Shown piece after piece: positions 34,807-45,040 of a stretch of 64,000 nt of DNA. The notes under the pieces are model-generated. The model did no database searches and had not been told where the DNA came from. It worked only from the letters and a program-made list of their open reading frames with translations. The stretch's first letter is position 1, and every line of letters starts with the position of its first letter. Both the position numbers and the translations under genes were made by a program. Source of the DNA: a bacterium (lineage in GTDB: Bacteria; Patescibacteriota; Minisyncoccia; Minisyncoccales; CG1-02-41-26); the NCBI GenBank assembly GCA_021162885.1, contig JAGGXV010000022.1, forward strand, positions 57,571-121,570, given 5' to 3'.

Positions 34807-37800
34807 ATGATAAAATTCACCCATTTACATGTTCATAGTCACTACTCTTTATTGGATGGCCTGCCCAAGATCGATGAAATTCTGGACTATGTCAAAAAAC
34901 TTGGTATGGATGCGGTAGCCCTGACCGACCATGGAGTTTTATACGGAGCAGTTGAATTTTATAAAAAAGCGAAAAAAGCAGGGATAAAACCAATTATCGG
35001 TTCTGAATTGTATATGTCTTTTGAACGAATGTTTCAAAAACGGCCTAATATTGATGACAAAAGATACCACTTGGTCTTGTTAATAAAAAATGACCAGGGC
35101 TATAAAAACTTAGTCAAACTCATCAGCCGAGCTCATCTGGAGGGTTTTTATTACAAACCAAGAATTGACGAAGAACTTTTAGCAGAGCATGCTCAAGGTT
35201 TGATTGGTTTATCTGGTTGTTTGCAAGGAAAAATCCCCCAATTAATCATAGCGAATAAAATTGATGAAGCCAAAAGAGTGGCACAAAAATACCAAGAGAT
35301 TTTTGGTCAAGACAATTTTTATCTTGAGATTCAAGACCATCCTAACCTCAAAGAACAAAAAAAAGTAAATCAAGTGTTAATCGAATTTTCTAAAACGCTG
35401 GGCATTCCTTTGGTCGCCACTAATGACGCTCATTATTTAAAACCAGAAGATGCCCAAGCCCAAGACATTTTGATGTTAATAAATACCGGAGCCAAAGAAG
35501 ATGACCCCGAAAGATTAACTATGAGAGCCGATGATTTTTCAATAAGGTCTCCAGAGAAAATGGCAAATTCCTTCAAAGAAACACCAGAAGCCCTTGAGAA
35601 CACCCAAAAGATTCAAGAGCTTTGTAATTTTAATTTTAAACTAGGCGAAACAAAACTTCCCTATTTTGAAGTTCCCAATGGCAAAACTGCAGATGAGTAT
35701 CTAAAAGAACTTTGCTATCAGGGTTTAGAAAATCATAAATCTCAGATTAAAGACAAGAAAAAAGCCATTGAAAGATTGGAACACGAACTTTCAGTAATCG
35801 CAAAAACTGGCTTTGCCTCTTACTTTCTTATCGTTCAAGATTTAGTTAATTGGGCAAAACAAAATCACATAGTATGTGGCCCCGGTAGAGGAAGTGTCGG
35901 AGGTTCAATAGTTGCTTATCTTTTGGATATTACTGAAATCAATCCCCTCAAACATGGCCTTTTGTTTGAAAGATTTTTAAGTGGTCAAAGAATCACTCTC
36001 CCTGACATTGACCTTGACTTCACTGACCGAAGAAGAGACGAGGTAATAAATTATGTCAGCCAAAAATATGGTAGAGATAAAGTAGCCCAAATCATCACTT
36101 TTGGAACAATGGCAGCAAGAGCGGTAGTCAGGGATGTAGGAAGGGCAATGAAATTGAGTTACAGTTTTTGCGATAAAATTGCCAAGATGATTCCTTTTGG
36201 TTGGACCCTTGATGAAACTTTGGAAAAAAATTCAGAATTCCGTCAACTTTATCAAACCGACGAAAAAGTCAAAGAATTGGTTGATTTTTCCAAAAAACTT
36301 GAGGGTTGTGCCAGGCATGCTTCAACTCATGCTTGCGGAGTAGTCATTTCCAAAGAAAATCTGCAAGATCTGGTTCCCCTCCAACATCCCACCCAAAATG
36401 ATAAGAATATTGTTACCCAGTACGAAATGCATTCAATCGAAGATTTAGGACTTTTGAAAATGGACTTTTTGGGCTTGAAAAACTTAACCATTATTGAAGA
36501 TACTTTAGCTAGAATTTTTAAGGTCCAAGATAAAAAAATAGATATTGAAAAAATTCCTTTCGACGACAAAAAAACTTACCGACTTCTGCAGCAAGGTCAA
36601 ACAACCGGGGTTTTCCAAATGGAAAGCGAAGGTTTCAAAAGATATTTAAAAGAACTAAAACCAACTCAGTTTGAAGATATAATAGCTATGGTTGCTCTCT
36701 ATCGACCAGGTCCTATTCAATTTATTCCAGAGTATATTGAAAGAAAACGCAAAAGAAAAAAAGTTCAATACTTACATCCAAAACTAAAACCAATTTTAGA
36801 AAAAACCCAAGGAATTTGTATTTTTCAAGAACAATTGATGCAAATTGCCAGAGACTTAGCAGGATTTTCTCTGTCTGAAGCAGATGTTTTAAGAAAAGCC
36901 GTTGGCAAAAAAATAAAAAGTTTACTTATTAGCCAAAAACAGAAATTAATAAATGGGATGATAAAAAATGGTATAAAAAAAGAAATCGCTCAAAAAATCT
37001 GGGATTGGATTTTACCTTTCGCTCATTATGGTTTCAACAAAGCCCATAGCGTGGCTTACGGAATGATTGCCTATCAGACCGCCTATTTAAAAGCTCACTT
37101 CCCAGTTGAATTTATGGCTGCCCTTTTAACTTCAGAAAAAGCAGATATTGAAAGAATTGCTTTTTTGATAGAAGAATGCAAAAATATGGGAATTGAAGTT
37201 TTGCCCCCAGATATAAACGAAAGTTTCCGGAATTTCTCGGTAATTCCCGGAAAAAAACAAATCAGGTTTGGGCTCTTGGCTATTAAAAATGTCGGGCACA
37301 ATGTGGTTGAAGCAATAATAAAAGAAAGAGAAGAAAAAGGAAGTTTCAAATCATTTGCTGATTTTATTTCAAGAATTCATTCAAAGGACTTAAATAAAAA
37401 ATCTTTAGAGAGTTTAATCAAAGCAGGAGTTTTTGATAGATTCGAAGAAAGAAATAAACTTCTAACCAATCTTGAGGAAATTTTAAACTATAACCGCGAT
37501 ATGCAAAGGGCCCAACTCAATGGTCAAAAAAGTTTGTTCGATAGAATTTCAAATATAATCCCCTCTTTCCGGTTAAAACCAGCAAAATCAAGTGATCTGC
37601 AGCAAAATTTGTTGTGGGAAAAAGAACTTTTAGGTCTTTACATTTCCTCCCATCCTTTAGAAAGATTTAAAAATATTTTACAAAACAAAACTCTCCCCCT
37701 CCGGGAATTAAAAAATGGAAACTTCAATCATAATATTAGAGTGGGAGGAATAATTTCTCACATCAAAAAAATCCTAACTAAAAAAGGTCAACCTATGCTT

Positions 37801-37983
37801 TTTATGAAACTGGAAGATTTAACTGACAAAATCGAGGTAATTGTCTTTCCTTCTGCGCTTGAAAGAAATCCCACTTGCTTTCAAGAAAATAAAATTGTTT
37901 TTGTCACCGGCAAGGTCGAGAACTGGCACAACCCTCCAAAATTGATCTGCGAAGATATCGAAGAAATTTTAGAAGAAACATAA
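34807..37983 (+). CDS. dnaE: DNA polymerase III alpha subunit
   Basis: PHP domain FTHLHVHSHYSLLDG; polymerase core; OB-fold at C-terminus. Confidence 0.9.
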   Translation: MIKFTHLHVHSHYSLLDGLPKIDEILDYVKKLGMDAVALTDHGVLYGAVEFYKKAKKAGIKPIIGSELYMSFERMFQKRPNIDDKRYHLVLLIKNDQGYKNLVKLISRAHLEGFYYKPRIDEELLAEHAQGLIGLSGCLQGKIPQLIIANKIDEAKRVAQKYQEIFGQDNFYLEIQDHPNLKEQKKVNQVLIEFSKTLGIPLVATNDAHYLKPEDAQAQDILMLINTGAKEDDPERLTMRADDFSIRSPEKMANSFKETPEALENTQKIQELCNFNFKLGETKLPYFEVPNGKTADEYLKELCYQGLENHKSQIKDKKKAIERLEHELSVIAKTGFASYFLIVQDLVNWAKQNHIVCGPGRGSVGGSIVAYLLDITEINPLKHGLLFERFLSGQRITLPDIDLDFTDRRRDEVINYVSQKYGRDKVAQIITFGTMAARAVVRDVGRAMKLSYSFCDKIAKMIPFGWTLDETLEKNSEFRQLYQTDEKVKELVDFSKKLEGCARHASTHACGVVISKENLQDLVPLQHPTQNDKNIVTQYEMHSIEDLGLLKMDFLGLKNLTIIEDTLARIFKVQDKKIDIEKIPFDDKKTYRLLQQGQTTGVFQMESEGFKRYLKELKPTQFEDIIAMVALYRPGPIQFIPEYIERKRKRKKVQYLHPKLKPILEKTQGICIFQEQLMQIARDLAGFSLSEADVLRKAVGKKIKSLLISQKQKLINGMIKNGIKKEIAQKIWDWILPFAHYGFNKAHSVAYGMIAYQTAYLKAHFPVEFMAALLTSEKADIERIAFLIEECKNMGIEVLPPDINESFRNFSVIPGKKQIRFGLLAIKNVGHNVVEAIIKEREEKGSFKSFADFISRIHSKDLNKKSLESLIKAGVFDRFEERNKLLTNLEEILNYNRDMQRAQLNGQKSLFDRISNIIPSFRLKPAKSSDLQQNLLWEKELLGLYISSHPLERFKNILQNKTLPLRELKNGNFNHNIRVGGIISHIKKILTKKGQPMLFMKLEDLTDKIEVIVFPSALERNPTCFQENKIVFVTGKVENWHNPPKLICEDIEEILEET

Positions 37984-38039
37984 AATTTCTTCTCCCACCC
38001 TACGCTCGCTTTCGCTCGCGTGGATAATTGAAGAAACCG

Positions 38040-38118
38040 AAGAGAAATAATTTTCAATTTTCAATTATCAATTTTCAATTTTCATTGAATTCCCAATTTT
38101 CAATTTTCAAACTTAAAA
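38040..38118. repeat. ATTTTCA heptamer repeat array between dnaE and thrS
   Basis: aattttcaattttcaattatcaattttcaattttcattgaattcccaattttcaattttcaaac. Confidence 0.6.
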
Positions 38119-38119
38119 T

Positions 38120-39868
38120 ATGTCAATAAAAATTGATACCATTAGACACTCCCTTGCCCATATTCTAGCTGCGGCGGTTCAGGAATTATATCCTGGAGCT
38201 AAGTTTGGAATTGGACCGTCGATTGAGAATGGATTCTACTATGACTTTGACCTACCCAAAACTTTGACTCCCAAAGATTTACCGAAAATTGAGAAAAAGA
38301 TGAGAGAACTAATTAAACAGGACATCAGATTTGAAAAGAAAATTATTTCAAAAAATGAAGCGAAAAAGATATTTAAAGCACAACCCTATAAATTGGAATT
38401 AACAGAACAAAAATCAAAAATACCTATTAAAAATCAAATTAAAAATCAAAAATTGTCTATTTATAAACTCGGGAATTTTATTGACCTTTGCAAAGGGCCT
38501 CATGTTAAATCAACAAAAGAAATCAGCCCAGAAATATTTAAATTAACCAAAATCGCCGGCGCTTACTGGAAAGGTTCAGAAAAAAATCCAATGCTAACCC
38601 GTATTTATGGAGTAGCTTTCCGAACCAAAAAAGAATTAGAAAATTATTTAAAAATTCAAAAAGAAGCCGAAAAAAGAGACCATCGAATTTTAGGCCAAAA
38701 ACTAGCACTTTTTGTGTTTGACGAGGAAGTCGGAGCCGGCCTCCCTCTATGGCTTCCAAAAGGTGAAACTCTGCGCCATATTATTGAAGAATATCTTTAC
38801 CGTGAATTAAAATCTCAAGGATACCTTTGGGTAAGAACTTCTCATATTGGTCGACTAAAACTTTGGAAAACTTCGGGACATTGGGAACTTTACAGAGAAA
38901 ACATGTACTCTCCTATTGAAATTGAGGGAGAAAAATACTTATTGAAACCAATGAATTGTCCTTTCCATGTAAAAATTTATAAGTCAAAAATTCGCTCTTA
39001 CAAGGATTTGCCTTTTCGATTGGCTGAATTGGGAACTGTTTACCGCTACGAAAAATCCGGAGTTTTACACGGTTTAACCAGGGTTCGCGGTTTTACTCAA
39101 GATGACGCTCATATTTGGTGCACTCCCGAGCAACTAAATGCAGAACTCGAAAGGATTCTGAAATATGGATTAAAAATTCTAAAAGCATTTGGTTTCAAAG
39201 ATTTTAATATTTATTTGTCAACTAGACCGGAAAAATATGCCGGAACTTCCAAAGGTTGGCAAAAAGCAACAAATTGCTTGAAGTATGTTTTGAAAAAACT
39301 TAAATTGGAATATCAAATTGACAAAGGTGGTGGAGTTTTTTATGGGCCAAAAATAGATATTAAAATAAAAGATAGCTTGGGTAGAGAATGGCAATGCACA
39401 ACAATTCAGGTTGATTTTAATTTACCCGAACGTTTTAAAATAACCTATATTGACAAAAACGGTAAAAAGCGTCAACCAATTATGATTCATCGAGCTCTCC
39501 TGGGTTCTTTGGAAAGATTTATTGGAGTTTTACTTGAACATTATGGAGGAGCCTTACCTTTATGGCTCTCCCCTGAACAGTTTTGGGTAATTCCAGTAGG
39601 CACCGTCCATCGAAAGTACGCTAAAGAAATCACTGAAAAACTGAAATCAGAAGGTTTAAGAGTTAAAACGAAAATCGAAGCTGAAACTGTTTCCAAAAAA
39701 ATAAGAGATGGTGAAATCCAAAAAATCCCCTATCTTTTAGTTGTTGGCGACAAAGAACTGGCTGAGAAAAATGTCAGAGTCCGTAAGCGCGCCAAGGGCG
39801 ACTTAGGACAAATGTCCTTGACAAGGTTCTTAGAAAAAGCGAAAATGGAAATAGAACAAAAAAGCTAA
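38120..39868 (+). CDS. thrS: threonyl-tRNA synthetase
   Basis: Editing-domain HSLAHILAAAV; class II motifs; anticodon-binding domain. Confidence 0.9.
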   Translation: MSIKIDTIRHSLAHILAAAVQELYPGAKFGIGPSIENGFYYDFDLPKTLTPKDLPKIEKKMRELIKQDIRFEKKIISKNEAKKIFKAQPYKLELTEQKSKIPIKNQIKNQKLSIYKLGNFIDLCKGPHVKSTKEISPEIFKLTKIAGAYWKGSEKNPMLTRIYGVAFRTKKELENYLKIQKEAEKRDHRILGQKLALFVFDEEVGAGLPLWLPKGETLRHIIEEYLYRELKSQGYLWVRTSHIGRLKLWKTSGHWELYRENMYSPIEIEGEKYLLKPMNCPFHVKIYKSKIRSYKDLPFRLAELGTVYRYEKSGVLHGLTRVRGFTQDDAHIWCTPEQLNAELERILKYGLKILKAFGFKDFNIYLSTRPEKYAGTSKGWQKATNCLKYVLKKLKLEYQIDKGGGVFYGPKIDIKIKDSLGREWQCTTIQVDFNLPERFKITYIDKNGKKRQPIMIHRALLGSLERFIGVLLEHYGGALPLWLSPEQFWVIPVGTVHRKYAKEITEKLKSEGLRVKTKIEAETVSKKIRDGEIQKIPYLLVVGDKELAEKNVRVRKRAKGDLGQMSLTRFLEKAKMEIEQKS

Positions 39869-39869
39869 T

Positions 39870-39965
39870 TATCAATTATCAATTATCAATTTCCAATTTT
39901 CAATTTTCAATCATTGTTTAAAGTTAATTCGTTGAAAATTGGTCATTGAAAATTGAGAATTTTAA
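39870..39965. repeat. heptamer inverted-repeat element (AATTATC/ATTTTCA...TGAAAAT)
   Basis: taattatcaattatcaattatcaatttccaattttcaattttcaatcattgtttaaagttaattcgttgaaaattggtcattgaaaattgagaatttta. Confidence 0.6.
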
Positions 39966-39970
39966 GGCAT

Positions 39971-41254
39971 ATGTCCAAACTAATAAAACTCTCTATTTTA
40001 ACGGTTGGTTTAATGTTTCTTTTTGGATCCGTGGCTTTAGCTCAAGACGTGCCAAACGAAGTAGAACTTGACGAAACTGTAAAACCAGAAGATTTAGAAG
40101 TTTCAGAACCAACTTTGCTTCCAGACAGTCCATTTTATTTTTTGAAAAATTGGGGAAGAGCTATCCGAACTTTCTTTGCACTTCGACCAATTGATAAAGC
40201 AAATTTGAGGTTAAAATTTGCTTCAGAAAAACTTCTTGAGGCAGAGAAATTAGCCCAAAAAACAAAAAAAGCGGATATTCTTAAAAAAGCAACAGAAAAT
40301 TACAACAACGAAATAGAAAAACTTAAAAATGTCGCTGACAGAATAAAAGAAAAAGCGGAGCAAAATCCCAAAGTTGGCAAATTCTTAGACAAATTTACAA
40401 AACAGACAATTTTACACCAAAAAATCCTTGAGAAATTAGAACAACAAGTTCCCACCACTACTCTCCAAAAAATAAAACAAGCCAGAGAAAAACATTTAAA
40501 AAGATTCGGAGAAGTAATGCAAAAATTGGAAGAGAAAACAAAAATTGGAGAAAGATTATCTAAAATTTTAAGAGAAATGAAAGGAAGCGAGTTTAAAGAA
40601 GTTAAGGCTTTACAAATTTTAAAAGAATTACAAAAAAGAGTGCCAGAGGCTGCAAAAGAAGGAATTAAAAAAGCCCAAGAGAATGTAATGAGAAGATTAA
40701 AAGAAAGGTTAGAAAAATCATCAACCTCAACCCAAGAAAAATTGAAAAAATACATTGAAAAAATTCGCGGCAATCCCGAAGGAAAAATGGAAATTTTACA
40801 AGATATTAAATCGGCTTTAAAAAATCGACCAGAAATCAGAAAAAAATTGGAAAATGTTAAGGAAAAAATTTTAGAGAAAATTCAAGAAAGAGGAAAGAAA
40901 CTCGGTTGTCCGGAGATTCAAAAGCCAGCGCCTAATTTTTGTCCTAAAGGGCGAATCGTCCCCCAAAGAGACAATAAGGGCTGCATCGTGAAATTTCGCT
41001 GTATTGTTCCTGGCGAAGAAGAAATACCTTCGCCAACTTCTACCCAAATACTCCCCAAAAAACTAGTTTGTGTAACTTTATGGGATCCTGTTTGCGGTAA
41101 AGATGGCAAAACTTATTCTAATGCCTGTTTCGCAAAAGTGGCTGGAGTGGAAATCGCCCATAAGGGGGTTTGCGAACAACCTTTGAAAAAAATTGAGCAA
41201 AAATTTGAAGAGAAAATTGAAAATTTTAAGCAGAAAAAAACACCACAAAAATAA
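39971..41254 (+). CDS. secreted coiled-coil protein with two C-terminal Kazal-type protease-inhibitor domains
   Basis: Signal peptide MSKLIKLSILTVGLMFLFGSVALAQD. Kazal-like CPKGRIVPQRDNKGCIVKFRC and CVTLWDPVCGKDGKTYSNACFAKVAGVEIAHKGVC. Confidence 0.55.
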   Translation: MSKLIKLSILTVGLMFLFGSVALAQDVPNEVELDETVKPEDLEVSEPTLLPDSPFYFLKNWGRAIRTFFALRPIDKANLRLKFASEKLLEAEKLAQKTKKADILKKATENYNNEIEKLKNVADRIKEKAEQNPKVGKFLDKFTKQTILHQKILEKLEQQVPTTTLQKIKQAREKHLKRFGEVMQKLEEKTKIGERLSKILREMKGSEFKEVKALQILKELQKRVPEAAKEGIKKAQENVMRRLKERLEKSSTSTQEKLKKYIEKIRGNPEGKMEILQDIKSALKNRPEIRKKLENVKEKILEKIQERGKKLGCPEIQKPAPNFCPKGRIVPQRDNKGCIVKFRCIVPGEEEIPSPTSTQILPKKLVCVTLWDPVCGKDGKTYSNACFAKVAGVEIAHKGVCEQPLKKIEQKFEEKIENFKQKKTPQK

Positions 41255-41300
41255 ATTTGAGCTCTTTGAAAATCCTCCTGCTTAATGAAAGGAGGAGAAA

Positions 41301-41702
41301 ATGAAAGACCTCAGAGATTTTTTTGAAAAAATAGATAAAATTTTGAAAGACAAAAAAATCAATACCGATCTTTTTGTTGAAAAGTTTAACGGACAGTACG
41401 GGAAAATACGAGACGGTCCGGAATTAGAAAAATTTAAAAAAGATAAACAACAATACCTGATTGAGCGAGCACGGCTGCTCGCTTTGGCCTCACACTTAAA
41501 TGAGTTAAGAAACTCAGGATACAGAAAAGACCAATTGACGAAGTTGGCTGTGGAAGTTGAAATGCAAAAAGAGAGATTTATAGAATGGACAGAAGATAAA
41601 TATAGAAAATGGAAACCGCTTTGGGACAAATTAAGAAAGGAGAGAGAAATTGAAGAGAGAGAAATTAAAAGAAAGTTCGGGCTCAAACCCGAACCCGAAT
41701 AA
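41301..41702 (+). CDS. hypothetical coiled-coil protein
   Basis: 133 aa, K/E-rich. Confidence 0.35.
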   Translation: MKDLRDFFEKIDKILKDKKINTDLFVEKFNGQYGKIRDGPELEKFKKDKQQYLIERARLLALASHLNELRNSGYRKDQLTKLAVEVEMQKERFIEWTEDKYRKWKPLWDKLRKEREIEEREIKRKFGLKPEPE

Positions 41703-41805
41703 AAAAGCAGGAGGATATAGATGCCCTGGAAAAATTATTTTAAATTATCTTTAAAAAATTCCAGGGCATCTTTTAATTTCCGAACAAATATTATAAGATG
41801 TTTTT

Positions 41806-43167
41806 ATGAAGTATTTTATCATTACATACGGCTGTCAAATGAACAAATCGGACTCTGAACGAATTGCTGCTGTTTTAGAAAAAATCGGTTACAAAAATGC
41901 CTCAAAGATAGATGAGGCAGATTTAATTGTGGTTAATATGTGCTCTGTCAGGCAATCAGCAGTTGATAGAGTTTACGGACTTCAACCAATGTTTAAAACT
42001 CTAAAAACTAAAAACTACAAACTACAAACTATTTTAACTGGTTGTATTCTAAAAAAAGATAGAAAAAAATTTATTGAATATTTTGATTATATTTTAAATA
42101 TCAAAAATCTAACAAGATGGTCTAAAGTCCTTGCTACCCCAAACTCACTTAACCAATCCACGATCGTTAGTGATTTAAGTCAATCTGGAAATTACCTTAA
42201 AATTAAGCCAGAATATTCATCTTTTCCAATAGGCTATGTGCCTATTTCTACTGGCTGTAATAACTTCTGTTCTTATTGCGTTGTCCCCTATACTCGGGGC
42301 CCCGAGATTTGTCGGCCGGTAAAAGATATTATATCTGAAGTAAGAGATTTAGTGAAAAAAGGATATAAAGAGATTTGGTTGTTGGGACAAAATGTTAATA
42401 GTTACAACTCCCAAATATCCATAAATGTGAATTCGCGAATATCCGCGAATAAAATTCGTGAAGATTCACGAGATATAAATTTTCCAAAACTCTTAAAAAT
42501 AATCAATAATATTCCGGGGGATTTTTGGATTAGGTTCACTTCTTCCCATCCGAAAGATTTTTCTGATGAATTAATTGAAGCAATGTCCCGCTGCAAAAAA
42601 ATAACTCCCTATTTAAATCTGCCAGTCCAGTCAGGAGATAACGAAATCTTGAAAAAGATGAATCGGAATTATACAGTTGAGTATTATAAAAATTTAGTTA
42701 AAAAAATCCGTCAGACATTCGCAAAAATTCGTGGTAAATCCGTGTCTATTAGTATTTCAACCGACATCATTGTTGGGTTTCCGGGCGAAACTAAAAAACA
42801 ATTCAAAAATACTGTTCGCCTTTTCAAAGAAATCAAATTCGATATGGCTTACATCGCCCAATACTCTCCTCGTCCCGGGACTGCTGCCTTTAAGATGAAA
42901 GACGATGTCACAAAAGAAAAAAAGAGAGAAAGAGAGAAAATTTTAACTGAGGTTTTAAAGAAAACCGCTCTGGCAAAAAATAAAAAATTAATCGGCAAAA
43001 CAATCACCATCTTGCCAAGTGAATATAAAAATGGATTTTTAATCGGCAAATCTTTTCATTACAAAACGGTAAAATGGGTGGGCTCAAAAGATCTAATCGG
43101 CAAATTCGTTAGAGTAAAAATCACCGATGCTCAACCATGGGGATTAAAAGGAAAATTACTAAAATAA
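41806..43167 (+). CDS. miaB: radical-SAM methylthiotransferase MiaB (MiaB/RimO family) with TRAM domain
   Basis: MTTase N-domain; CNNFCSYCVVPYTRG (CxxxCxxC). miaA is adjacent. Contains in-frame ATTCGCGAAT-family insert (NSRISANKIREDSRD). Confidence 0.8.
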   Translation: MKYFIITYGCQMNKSDSERIAAVLEKIGYKNASKIDEADLIVVNMCSVRQSAVDRVYGLQPMFKTLKTKNYKLQTILTGCILKKDRKKFIEYFDYILNIKNLTRWSKVLATPNSLNQSTIVSDLSQSGNYLKIKPEYSSFPIGYVPISTGCNNFCSYCVVPYTRGPEICRPVKDIISEVRDLVKKGYKEIWLLGQNVNSYNSQISINVNSRISANKIREDSRDINFPKLLKIINNIPGDFWIRFTSSHPKDFSDELIEAMSRCKKITPYLNLPVQSGDNEILKKMNRNYTVEYYKNLVKKIRQTFAKIRGKSVSISISTDIIVGFPGETKKQFKNTVRLFKEIKFDMAYIAQYSPRPGTAAFKMKDDVTKEKKREREKILTEVLKKTALAKNKKLIGKTITILPSEYKNGFLIGKSFHYKTVKWVGSKDLIGKFVRVKITDAQPWGLKGKLLK

Positions 43168-43194
43168 AAAGTGCCTATATATCAACTTTCTTGA

Positions 43195-43635
43195 TTATAG
43201 GCACTTAGCAAATACGATAACCATAAGGCCTATCTTTCCTGTATTCCCAGCAAGAATAAGAGTTAATCCATAATACCAAGGGACTCTCGCTAGTTTTACA
43301 GCAACAATTGTCGCTGGAGTCACATAAGGTATGTAAGGAATTAAGTTTAGGGTAGCTAAAAATAAATAAAAGAATAGATTTCCCCTTAATTGAGATATCT
43401 TTTCTCCCCATTTCTTAGCTAATTGACTTAATTTTAGCCGCTTTCTTATCATATCTATTCCTTTGAAAATTCCGCTAAAAAGTAAGTAGTTCAGTATCAC
43501 TAATCCGTCTGAAATTATAACCATTACCAAAAATGTATACATACCTTCTTTTCCTGCTTCTATCCAAGAGATAATAGCAAAATCTGTATAAGTAAAAGCT
43601 AACAACCAATTTATAATTTCCCAAAAAGCTTTCAT
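43195..43635 (-). CDS. hypothetical membrane protein
   Basis: 146 aa, 4 TM helices. Confidence 0.35.
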   Translation of the reverse strand: MKAFWEIINWLLAFTYTDFAIISWIEAGKEGMYTFLVMVIISDGLVILNYLLFSGIFKGIDMIRKRLKLSQLAKKWGEKISQLRGNLFFYLFLATLNLIPYIPYVTPATIVAVKLARVPWYYGLTLILAGNTGKIGLMVIVFAKCL

Positions 43636-43705
43636 TTTCTCCTCCTTTTTAAATTTTTAAAGTAATTACTTTGTTAATTTACTACCTTATATTTTAATAA
43701 ATATT

Positions 43706-44611
43706 ATGTCAAGGATAACGAAAAAACTTATTGTTATTTTAGGACCTACTGCTTCAGGTAAAACTGCTTTATCTATAAAACTTGCTAAAAATTTTAATGG
43801 CGAAATTGTTTCAGCCGATTCAAGGCAGGTTTACAAAGGAATGAACATTGGAACTGGAAAAGTAACAAAAAAAGAAATGCAAGGAATCAAACATTATCTT
43901 TTGGATGTTGCTTCGCCAAAAAGACGATTTTCAGTCGCCCAATACCAAAGGTTAGCTCTTGAGGCAATAAATAAAATTTTGAAAAAAAATAAAGTCCCCT
44001 TTTTGGTCGGTGGTTCGCCTTTTTATATTTACTCGGTAGTTGAAAAATGGATTTTTCCTAAACTTAAACCAGACCAGAAATTAAGAAAGGAATTAGAAAA
44101 AAAATCAGCAAAAGAACTTTTTCAAATATTAAAAAAATTAGATTCAAAAAGAGCGAAAACAATTGAGAAAGAAAATAAAAGAAGATTAATTAGAGCGATT
44201 GAAATTGCTAAAAAATTAGGAAGGGTTCCGCTATTAAAAAAAACTCCCCAATTTAATTGTTTACTGATAGGGATTAAAAAATCTAAAGAAGAACTTAAAA
44301 AATTAATTGAAAAGCGTCTCTTGAAAAGATTAAAAAAAGGAATGATAGAAGAAGTTAGAAAATTAAGAAGAGAAGGACTTTCTTGGCAACGTCTTGAAGA
44401 ATTTGGATTAGAATATCGCTGGATTGCAAAATATCTCCAAGGAAAAATAGATTATGAAGAAATGATAAAGAATCTCCAAAAGGATATTGAACATTTTGCC
44501 AAACACCAGATGACTTGGTTCAAAAAAGATAAAAGAATTAAATGGACGCCATCCACCCACCATCCTTATAGGTGGGCAAAAAAATTAATAAAAGAATTTT
44601 TAAAAAAATAA
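43706..44611 (+). CDS. miaA: tRNA dimethylallyltransferase MiaA
   Basis: LIVILGPTASGKTALSIKLAKNFNGEIVSADSRQVYKGMNIGTGK. Confidence 0.85.
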   Translation: MSRITKKLIVILGPTASGKTALSIKLAKNFNGEIVSADSRQVYKGMNIGTGKVTKKEMQGIKHYLLDVASPKRRFSVAQYQRLALEAINKILKKNKVPFLVGGSPFYIYSVVEKWIFPKLKPDQKLRKELEKKSAKELFQILKKLDSKRAKTIEKENKRRLIRAIEIAKKLGRVPLLKKTPQFNCLLIGIKKSKEELKKLIEKRLLKRLKKGMIEEVRKLRREGLSWQRLEEFGLEYRWIAKYLQGKIDYEEMIKNLQKDIEHFAKHQMTWFKKDKRIKWTPSTHHPYRWAKKLIKEFLKK

Positions 44612-44768
44612 AGAGGAGGGTTTCAGAACCTCCTCTTTTCGTTAATTAGCTTTTTCCTTCTTTTTCTTTTTTCCTTTTTCTGTAAAAAAATCACAATAGC
44701 TCCTTTTTTAATCGCTGTGAAAGAAATAGGTGTTTCTCCTTCACCTTCTAGATTTACTAATACCTCAT

Positions 44769-45002
44769 TTACCTCATTTTCCATTTTTTCCCTTCCTCCT
44801 TTCTTTCTAAATTTTGTTTTATCTTTCTCTCTCTTCTTTGCCACCTTCTTAATGATTTCTTTTTCCTGATCCGCCTTTCCTTACTTGGTGAAATTCTCTC
44901 CCGATGTCTTCTCATATCTTTTGACAAACCACTCTCCTCGCAGAGAGATTTAAAGTATTTTAACGCCTGATGCAAAGATCCATCTACTTTTATTTCAATC
45001 AT
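44769..45002 (-). CDS. rpsU: 30S ribosomal protein S21
   Basis: MIEIKVDGSLHQALKYFKSLCEESGLSKDMRRHRERISPSKERRIRKKKS... matches S21 (ALRRFKRSCEKAG...RRREFYEKP). Confidence 0.65.
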   Translation of the reverse strand: MIEIKVDGSLHQALKYFKSLCEESGLSKDMRRHRERISPSKERRIRKKKSLRRWQRRERKIKQNLERKEEGKKWKMR

Positions 45003-45040
45003 ACATCTCACCTCCTTTTTAAAAGATCATTATTTAAATC

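Noticed and set aside
44623-44844. ORF 44623-44844(-) 73 aa overlapping rpsU
   Set aside because: Overlaps the better-supported S21 frame and the KE-rich low-complexity region; likely spurious.
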